Source of the DNA: Folioceros fuciformis
Taxonomy: Eukaryota
DNA: 35,069 nucleotides
NCBI GenBank assembly: GCA_049999805.1
Contig: JBNGIO010006043.1
Span: forward strand, 68,765 to 103,833
Reading direction: 5' to 3'
Below, in pieces: positions 12,821-21,018 of the stretch; the stretch's first letter is position 1, and each line of letters begins with the position of its first letter. The position numbers and the translations under genes were made by a program. Under the pieces are notes generated by a model. The model made no database searches. It saw only the letters and a list, made by a program, of their open reading frames with translations, and had not been told where the DNA came from.

Positions 12821-13095
12821 AATAGCTAGATTACAGAAACACAACAAGTTAGATTAGAGAAATACAAGAAGATGGACCACAGAAACACAAGAAGATAGAC
12901 CACAAAAACACAAGTTGGATAAGAGAATAGCTAGATTACAGAAACAAAACAAGTTGGATTAGAGAAACACAAGAAGATGGACCACAGAAACACAAGACGA
13001 TAAACCACAGAAACACAACAAGTTGGATTAGAGAAACACAAGAAGATGGACCATAGAAATACAAGAAGATAAACCATAGAAACACACAACAAGTC
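12821..13095. repeat. Imperfect tandem repeats (CAGAAACACAAGAAGATGGACCA / CAAGTTGGATTAGAGAAA modules)
   Basis: Multiple directly repeated ~22-nt modules organised into higher-order units. Confidence 0.85.
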
Positions 13096-13234
13096 AAGCT
13101 TTATAGAGAAGTGCCAATAGCATGGACTAAGCTGCTAGAATTTATCCTATGCACCTAGAAGGGGCTAGGCTCTTTACATATTCTAGGAAGAGTATCCTAA
13201 TATAGTACTCAATTGTTGCAGTTAACGTAAGAAT

Positions 13235-13374
13235 CTACTAACCACAAATGATAGAAGACAGGGATAGCTCTGAGCTACTAACCACAAATGATCACAAATG
13301 ATAGAAGACAGGGACAGCTCTGAGCTACTAACCACAAATGACCACAAATGATAGAAGCCAGGGATAGCTATGAG
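13235..13374. repeat. Tandem repeat, ~40-50-bp unit x3
   Basis: CTACTAACCACAAATGA(TCACAAATGA)TAGAAGACAGGGATAGCTCTGAG occurs three times with small variations. Confidence 0.9.
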
Positions 13375-13727
13375 ATTTCCTATAAAGGAGGGTTCCGTAT
13401 CAGGAAGAGGAGTTTTTTTTGGACGAGATCCTTCAGAATAAGGACCTTTTGCGCTATGAAAACTTTAAATAAGGACCGATACAATAAGAACCTTCAGAAT
13501 AAGGACATTCCGGGCTGGGTCCTTGACCGATTTTTCGTATGCCACTTGTGTTAATTGCCGTGAGTCTACCTAGTCTGGAATCTGAATGCCACTTCCGTCC
13601 TGCGAGCCTTCTGAAGACTTGGAATATGGCCATCTACAGTGTGATGAATTCGGTAAATGAACATGTAAAGTCTGGGAAAGAATGAAACAGTCTCACATTT
13701 TGTACACAGGAAAAATGACGAGGTGTG

Positions 13728-15535
13728 CTAACGGATGAAAGGCCTGAATGGTGGAAGGCTGGTTCGTTTCCTTGTGAGTCGGAAGCCTTCAAGAGCCAGG
13801 GCCTGCCACAAGTGGTGAAGGACATCAGTGCCTGTTCCTTAGAGTGAGGGTGAAAGAACATGGCAAAACAAGAATGATTTGAGTAACAATACCTCGAGGT
13901 CGTGCTTTAGGTCTTGGTTCCCTGGGCCAGAGAAGACAGGGACCCCAGTGATATTGGATTTGGTCTGTTTCTCTGCTGATACTTCCCGAGGAGGTCTGTA
14001 TATGACAGGCCTGGAAGAAGTTCTGCTGCCAGATGATGGGGTCGTGCTCCGAAGCCAGACTCGAGTTCGGTCTTCTACGTCCATGGCTCCTGCTTGGCCA
14101 GCAACACCACCAGGAACGGGAGGAAGGAGAATCCCCGTAGCCATGTGAGACAGTTTGTTGGGGGTATCTGGCCGTCTTCCTAAGCTCTCACTTAGCCTGT
14201 CACCAGAAACCATTGTAGCATCACTAAACCGGCCACTAGATGTGCTGCTTCCATCATCATCTCTCTGATCAGGAGTTGTAGGAGAAGGCAGAAGCCGCAG
14301 TCGAAAACTGGGATGTTTCACAGTTCGCACACCCTGGAAGAGCAAAGACGCTGTCTTATTCTCCCTCCCTCCTTTCCTCTCTCTTGTTATGTCATCACAA
14401 ATGCATATCTGCAATGTTCTCCCTGCCCCCTTCTCTTGCTATCATGTCAACCACCAAGCAAGCAGCTAACCAGCACGTCGTGACCATGCCTGAGCCAACT
14501 TGCAAACAGAAGCAAACACACTTTGCACAAGAAAGCATCGGGCACATGCCTGCCATAGCCATATTGGAATAACTGGAGGAACCTCTATCTCCCCACGGAA
14601 GGCCTCCACAAACTGAGACTCCTCTCGGGAGATTTCACCTTCTCTCTGGAACTTACAGAATTCAGCCGTTGATGTAGACAAATTCCAGCTCTGCAACTTT
14701 CTGAAACACATCACCTGATTCCATGGAGGCCCGTAAGCCATCACCACAAGGATGCCTGATCAACATGAGCAATTTGAACATCATCATATCATGCCAGTTG
14801 TTGCTTACCACCAGACCACATACGTGGGATCCATCCAAGCAATGCAAGTAAAGTGGAAGATTTTCTGGGTTGATGATGATCTGAAGAATTTGAAACACTT
14901 TTGAATTTGAAAGAGTGACGCCATCCTGCAATTAGCCCACCCAGTTCACCTGTCATGAGCAAGCACAAATGTTTGGAAATCAGATCCAGCAGCCAACAAC
15001 AAAACTATTTGGAGAACATTTCAGACAAAATCTGCCTAGGAAATATTTTGTCCAGCTCGTATACGCTAGCTGTAGACCGTGAACCCAGACAACCAGCTCA
15101 AGAAGTGGACCAAGGCCAAAATTGGTTTGTCCTGGATGTTATCCCCTTTCAGAGCCACCTATGCATAGCCTGAATTGCAGGGGGAAGAGGAAAGGAAACC
15201 TGGAACTTCTCCACAAAGAAGTGGCGGATGGTGATACCCTCGTCTGCACAGAAGTCACGCATGTCCCGATTTGGCTGGGTCTCCGGTGTTAGACACACGA
15301 TGGTTTTCAGATGTAATCTCTTCAGAAATCTGAAGTTCTTGATGGTTGGATATGCTCCCCTGTGAGCGTGGTGCAGCCAAAACAGGTCCAACATGAGCAG
15401 ATGCAAATCCTTCCCACCTGCACGTGCTCCTGGGAAACATGGATGGGTTTGAGTATTGCGAACATAGTACCTGAAAAAGGAGTCCTCCACAATTGCATAG
15501 CGGAAAGGTGGGATGAGCTGCTGATGCAGCGCCAT
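13728..15535 (-). CDS. Atypical dual-specificity phosphatase-like protein (PFA-DSP/Siw14 family, Oca6-like, probable pseudophosphatase), ~340 aa
   Basis: Exons 15535-15471, 15359-15200, 14925-14809, 14714-14550, 14333-13893, 13802-13728 (1023 nt). Motifs LIPPFRYAIVE..FR|GAYP..KNFRFL..LHLKTIVCLTPE, LPLYLHCLDGSHVCGLV|VMCFRKLQSW..AEF..F, FVEAF, PIWLWQ|G..HPSF, C-terminal LE|ALALEG. Intron 4 needs a GC donor; the last exon is the least certain. Confidence 0.85.
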
Positions 15536-18500
15536 GCTTGCCTCTCATGAATTCTGCACTTGTCACCTGTCTGCTGCTCCTGAGCTGCAAACCAGAATCG
15601 CATCGTATTTAGTGCGGATGCGGCGTGCTCCTACGAGTCATGCTGTCTCGCGGTCGACAGGTATTCTAGGACGAGCTCCCGCTCACCTGACTTCAAGGAC
15701 CCATGGCCGGGCACACAGGGAAGCCGCCAGGTGCGGCAGCTCCGCAACCAATCCACCCCGTCCAAGAGGATGGCTGGCGGGATATGGTAGTGGCCAGAAC
15801 CGTGGCCAAGAGCTCTTATGGCGGCAAAATGTTGGGGACCCGACAGTCTGGAGGCAAAATAAGCTCAAGCCTCAGCAGGTCCTCAACAAGGGCAGGCCAG
15901 GTTGGGTGGATGGGCAGCTGGGTGCGGTGGATGTGCAGATGGGTCCTGGTGTCTCCAGTTCCAACTGGACCTTGCAGGACGATAATGAACCTGACAAGCC
16001 AGCAGGGAGCGGATGGGGCGTGATGGCTGAAACCGTGAGCACGCTATGTGATGAGAGGCTTCTCAGTGAGGCCGTTGAAGCTTTGGGGGTTTTGGTGCAG
16101 ACGGACCATTGCATTCCCAAGTCTCTCTTTTACACAGTGCTGAAGAAATGTGAGGATGATCTACCCCTGGGTCGCCGCGTGCATGGTTTCACGGTGAGGA
16201 AGGGGTACGAGTCGGACACGTTCCTGGGCAATCACATCCTACGGATGTATTCTTCTCATGGAAGGTTGGAGGATGCCATGGGTGTGTTCTCCATGGTTGC
16301 ACAACCGGATGCCTTCATGTGGTTTTCCATAATTTCGGCCTATGTAAAACATGGGCAAGACAAGCAGGCCATACAGCTGTATCACGGAATGCGCAGGACG
16401 GGTGTGCAACCAGATGGGCATGTGTTTGTGGCAGCGTTGCAGGCCTGTGGGAGGGGATCAGACCTGAAAAGTGGGCAGCAGGTGCATGCAGATGTCCTGG
16501 CCAGTGGGCTTGATCCTGATCTGTTTGTCTGTAACGGATTGGTGAACATGTATGCAAAGTGTGGGAGCTTGGAGGATGCTAAAAGGGTGTTTGACGGACT
16601 TGTCAAGAAAGATGTAGTGTCGTGGAATGCCATGATATCAGGGTATTCTCAGCAGGGCATGGGGCAGGAAGCCCTTCGTCTCTACAGTACTATGCGGGCG
16701 GAAGGCACTATCGTGGCACCTGATTCCGTGACGTTTCTGTGCCTATTACAGGCATGCGCGGGTGTGGGCAGCCTGGCATTAGAGAAGGGGAGGCAGCTTC
16801 ATGTGCAGATCTCAGAAGGAGGGCACCAAGCTGATGTGCTTGTAGCTAATAATTTGGTAAACATGTATGTCAAGTGTGGCAGCTTAGAGGATGCGCGAAG
16901 AGTTTTTGATGGACTCGGTGAAAAAGATGTCGTGACATGGAATGCCATGATAGCTGGGTATTCACAACAAGGCTGGGGTCAGAAGGCTCTTGGTCTCTAC
17001 AGTCTCATGCAAGAAGAAGGCATGGCTGTACCAAATTCCGTCACATTTGTCATCCTCCTGCAGGCATGTGCAAGTGTCGGCACCCGGGCGTTGGAGAGAG
17101 GTAAGCAGCTACATACACAAGTTATAGAACGAGGATTCCAAGCAGATTTGTTTGTGCGCAACAGTTTGGTGAACATGTATGCTAAGTGGGGGAGCTTGGA
17201 ACAGGCTAGAAGGGTGTTTGATGGACTTCATGAAAAGGATGTGGTGACGTGGAATGCCATGATAGCAGGGTATTCCCAGCAGGGCATGGGCCACAAAGCC
17301 CTTGAACTTTACAGCTACATGCAAGAAGGCAGCGTTGTACCCAATCCCGTGACATTTGTGTCCCTCTTGCAGGCATGTGCAAGTGTCGGTCCCTTTGCTT
17401 TAGAGAAGGGGATGCAGCTTCATGCAGAAATCAGAGCAGGAGGGCACCAAGCAAATACTCTTGTAGCGAACAGCTTGGTTACCATGTATGCAAAGTGTGG
17501 CAGATTACGAGATGCTCAAACTGTGTTCGACGTGCTGACTGAAAAAGACGTTGTGACATGGACGGCTCTTATTGCAGCATATGCCCGGCAGGGCTTGTGG
17601 CAGGATACCCTTGGTGTGTACGAGGCTATGCAAGCAGAAGGCATGGCTGTACCCAATTGTGTCACGTTTGTGGGCCTCCTACAGGCATGTTCAAGTGTGG
17701 GCACCCCAGCTTTGGAGTTGGGAAAGCAGCTTCATGCTCAAATCAGGGAACAAGGACATGAAGCTGATACGTTTGTGGCCAACAGCTTGGTGTACATGTA
17801 CGCGAAGTGTGGCAGTTTCGATGAAGCGCAAAGAATGTTTGATGGACTGGAACAAAAAGATGTGGTGACATGGAATGCCATGATTGCAGGGTATTCCCAG
17901 CAGGGTATGGCCCAGGAAGCCCTTCGTGTATACAGGGATCTGGAAGAAGACGGCGTGGCTTCACCAAATTCCGTGACATTTGGGTGCGTACTGCACGCAT
18001 GTGCTAGTGTAGGCACCATGGCGCTAGAGCGGGGAAAGCAGCTCCATAAGCAGATTTCAGATCGAGGATATGAAGCTGACTTGCTTGTCGCCAACAGCTT
18101 GATAAACATGTATGCAAAGTGTGGCAGCTTGGGAGACGCTCGACGGGTATTTGAGGGACTTGATGGGAAAGATGTGGTGACGTGGAACACCATAATAGCA
18201 GGGCATTGCCAGGCGGGCATGGCTCAAGAAGCCCTTTGTCTTTACAGTGTTATGGAAGAAGAAGGCATCACCGTACCCAACTCTGTGACATTCGTGAGCC
18301 TCCTGCAGGCCTGTGCAAGTGTTGGCATCCCGGCCTTGGAGAAGGGGAAGCAGATCCATACACAGATCATAGAGCAAGCACACGAAGCTGACATGTTTGT
18401 AGCCAACAGTTTGGTGAACATGTACGCCAAGTGTGGCAGCTTGGAAGACGCTCGAAGACTGTTTGATGGACTTGTTCGAAAAGATGTGGTGACATGGACT

Positions 18501-19481
18501 GCTCTAATCGCAGGATATTCCCAGCAGGGCATGGGGCAGGAAGCGCTCGGTCTGTACACCGCAATGCAACAGCATGGCGTGACCACTGCACCTGATTCCA
18601 TCACATTTCTGTGCCTCCTGCAGGCATGCGGAGACATGGCAGCCCTGCATCTGGGAATGCAAATACACGCACAAATAAAACAACACGGGCTCCAAGCCGA
18701 TGCTGCTGTAGCCTGCGGGTTGATCAACATGTATGGAAAGTCCGGGAATATGGTTGATGCACGGGAGGTGTTCGAAGCATTACCTGAGAGAAGCACTGGT
18801 GCATGGAATGCATTGATCGCAGGATACAGTCACCAAGGAAACAGCGATGCGGCCTTCGACTCGTTCCTCAGAATGGAAGAGGATGGCATACAGCCAGACG
18901 GGATCACGTTTCTCGGTCTGATAACTGTGTGCAGCCATACTGGGCTGCTGGACAAAGGGCAGGAATACTTTGAGGTCATGAGCAAACACTACAGCATCAC
19001 TCCAACAGCAGCGCACTACGGATGCATGGTGGATCTCCTGGGTCGAGCTGGCCACCTGCACGAGGCCCTGCTCTTGATACGAACAATGCCTGTACTACCT
19101 GATGCTGCAGTCTGGCACAATCTGCTGGGTGCTGCTCACAAATGGAGCAACGCGGAAGTGGGACGCCATGCCTTCGACCAAGCTGTGACACTAGACAAGA
19201 ACAATCCCTTACCACATGTGCTGATGTCAAACATCTACGACAACGCCCAGATGTGCGAACTGGCACACGAGATGCAGGCCAGGAGAATCAGAAGCAGGGC
19301 ACGGAAGCAGCCGGGTCAGAGCTGGTGGACAGACATGGACGGCGTTGTACATAGCTTCCTGGTTGCGGGTAGTATCCCAAGAGTCAGCAACGCTCGAACT
19401 TCTTCCCAGAGGGAAAAAGTGCATCTCTTCCGACCCGACGAAAGCGTGAAATCCGGACTCCTCACTGTCGATCACGTCTGA
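15534..19481 (+). CDS. PLS-class pentatricopeptide repeat protein, E1/E2 plus WW-type PG box, DYW catalytic part absent (organellar RNA-editing specificity factor)
   Basis: Single 1315-codon ORF with 29 PPR motifs in regular L-S-P order ending P2-L2-S2, then E1 (VWHNLLGAAHKW), E2 (HVLMSNIY) and KQPGQSWWTDMDGVVHSF. No HxE/CxxC or DYW terminus. True start uncertain (15534, 15618, 15939 or 16022). Confidence 0.95.
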   Translation: MLASHEFCTCHLSAAPELQTRIASYLVRMRRAPTSHAVSRSTGILGRAPAHLTSRTHGRAHREAARCGSSATNPPRPRGWLAGYGSGQNRGQELLWRQNVGDPTVWRQNKLKPQQVLNKGRPGWVDGQLGAVDVQMGPGVSSSNWTLQDDNEPDKPAGSGWGVMAETVSTLCDERLLSEAVEALGVLVQTDHCIPKSLFYTVLKKCEDDLPLGRRVHGFTVRKGYESDTFLGNHILRMYSSHGRLEDAMGVFSMVAQPDAFMWFSIISAYVKHGQDKQAIQLYHGMRRTGVQPDGHVFVAALQACGRGSDLKSGQQVHADVLASGLDPDLFVCNGLVNMYAKCGSLEDAKRVFDGLVKKDVVSWNAMISGYSQQGMGQEALRLYSTMRAEGTIVAPDSVTFLCLLQACAGVGSLALEKGRQLHVQISEGGHQADVLVANNLVNMYVKCGSLEDARRVFDGLGEKDVVTWNAMIAGYSQQGWGQKALGLYSLMQEEGMAVPNSVTFVILLQACASVGTRALERGKQLHTQVIERGFQADLFVRNSLVNMYAKWGSLEQARRVFDGLHEKDVVTWNAMIAGYSQQGMGHKALELYSYMQEGSVVPNPVTFVSLLQACASVGPFALEKGMQLHAEIRAGGHQANTLVANSLVTMYAKCGRLRDAQTVFDVLTEKDVVTWTALIAAYARQGLWQDTLGVYEAMQAEGMAVPNCVTFVGLLQACSSVGTPALELGKQLHAQIREQGHEADTFVANSLVYMYAKCGSFDEAQRMFDGLEQKDVVTWNAMIAGYSQQGMAQEALRVYRDLEEDGVASPNSVTFGCVLHACASVGTMALERGKQLHKQISDRGYEADLLVANSLINMYAKCGSLGDARRVFEGLDGKDVVTWNTIIAGHCQAGMAQEALCLYSVMEEEGITVPNSVTFVSLLQACASVGIPALEKGKQIHTQIIEQAHEADMFVANSLVNMYAKCGSLEDARRLFDGLVRKDVVTWTALIAGYSQQGMGQEALGLYTAMQQHGVTTAPDSITFLCLLQACGDMAALHLGMQIHAQIKQHGLQADAAVACGLINMYGKSGNMVDAREVFEALPERSTGAWNALIAGYSHQGNSDAAFDSFLRMEEDGIQPDGITFLGLITVCSHTGLLDKGQEYFEVMSKHYSITPTAAHYGCMVDLLGRAGHLHEALLLIRTMPVLPDAAVWHNLLGAAHKWSNAEVGRHAFDQAVTLDKNNPLPHVLMSNIYDNAQMCELAHEMQARRIRSRARKQPGQSWWTDMDGVVHSFLVAGSIPRVSNARTSSQREKVHLFRPDESVKSGLLTVDHV

Positions 19482-19673
19482 TCCGATCTGATTCGATACA
19501 GAGGAAGATCGCTGCACTTGCGACCGCCCCGAGACATACATGCAGGCCACACATGTCGGAAACAGAGAGACCCTTAACCCCATCCCTCGCCAAGCTATCA
19601 GGATCGAACGTATCCCATGAGGAAGCATGTACAGTACAAAGAGTACTTGAAAACCTTGATTAGAGAAAAAACT

Positions 19674-19773
19674 CTGGCTCTGGCTCTGGCCCTGGCCCAT
19701 CCTCTGGCCCTGGCCCTGGCCCTGGCCCATCCTCTGGCCCTGGCCCTGGCCCATCCTCTGGCTCTGGCTCTGC
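19674..19773. repeat. Hexamer-based low-complexity repeat (CTGGCY)n with CCCATCCT interruptions
   Basis: ctggctctggctctggccctggcccatcctctggccctggcc... with three higher-order units, between the PPR and nitrate reductase genes. Confidence 0.85.
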
Positions 19774-21018
19774 CTCACAGGCGGCTGACATGTGGTAGAT
19801 TAATAAGAAGCTTTGTGAGAAAGGTGTGTACGTACTGTACATCTGCAGATCGAGGTGACACGACACGAAAGCAGGTGGTTCTGGGGTAGGTGATGTAAAT
19901 GAAGCGCAGATGCAGATGTTCTAGAAGGCGAATCTGAGAAGGGGGCTTGTGCCATTGGTGAGCAACGCGACTCGGCCCGCGCTGCCGGACGCTATTATCG
20001 GACGGGGTCCGAAAGCTTTGAAAACGTGGTTGTAAGAACGTCGGGATATATAAATGGAAGGGGTTGCAGGGGGGAGAGCGAATCACCGATTTGGAGAAAT
20101 GGCCATGGATTGTGCGCTCTTTCCATGTGTGCGGACCGGTGTTGCAGCTTGCAGAATGGGCTAATGGAGGATACGTGCAGGAAGGAGCTAAGCGCGGAAA
20201 TGGGGAGCAGGAGGCGGAAAGTGTGTGGTTAGTTTTCCCTCTGCAACAAACGAGTGGTTGCGATTGCATCTGGGGCGCCAAAGGTTGACAGTGGAGTGGT
20301 ACGCCGCGGGTCGGGGATGGGGAGATTCGGCTGCGCGCGGCGGCCGGAAACCGTGCAGCCCTTTCACGATCCCTAGCGGCCGGGCTGCAGGGCCCGGTTG
20401 CAGTGCTGCATGCTGCGCCACGGCCGGGCGACCCATGCGATGCAGCGGCTTGCGGGGCACCACTACGCCTTGCTCCTGCATCCATCCCCCGTCTCTTCCA
20501 GGATCGTTAAATCCCCGCACTGGCAATGCCGCAGGCCCGCGCCTCGCTGCAGCCGGGGCTTCCTGCTCCACTGCCCACGCGCACTCCTCCACGTTCGTAC
20601 AGTCGCTGCCGGCCGCGTGCCGCCTCGCCTGCCTCTCTACAGCCGTTTGCCCTCACTCACGCACTCCGCTGACGCTGCTCCTCTTCCCTCCGCCTCAGGA
20701 CGGGCTAGGCTAGGCTAGGCCAGGCCAGGCCACGGCCTCGTTCTTCGTCACAGTGTGCTGGAGCTGGGGATGTTGGCCCTGCGCGATCACGATCTGCGTA
20801 CGTAGTCGATGAGTCGGGAGGGAAAATCAGAATCGGTCCGTCCAGTCAGGATGGTAGTGGAGTGGAGTGGAGTATGATTTGGATCGAAGAAATGCGGAAC
20901 GGGCGGTGAGAGAGGTCGGTCGGTCGGTACGGGTCCAGTCGGTAATCGATTCCGTGAATTCCGTTAGGAATCATTCTGGTTCTTGGTTCGTGTTCGAGGG
21001 AGGAGGACGCGGTGGCCC

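Larger units (their letters stand above)
10550..13560 (-). mobile_element. Degenerate DNA-transposon-like island (one TIR-like end, subterminal tandem repeats)
   Basis: AT-rich, CpG-poor block with tandem repeats at both sides. Right end reads (minus) GGCAATTAACACAAGTGGC... with repeated AATAAGGACC motifs at 13437-13510, reminiscent of Mutator-like TIRs. No matching left TIR, TSD or transposase motif found; left boundary approximate. Confidence 0.45.

Noticed and set aside
19370..19700. Frameshifted continuation of a DYW domain
   Set aside because: No HSE/HAE, CxxCH or DYW-like terminus seen downstream of the PG box.
19227..20713. Several ORFs on both strands between the PPR and NR genes (GQGQ/ALAL/PGPG repeats, 134-236 aa)
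   Set aside because: Driven by the hexamer repeat and high GC content; no consistent exon chain or recognisable domain could be built.
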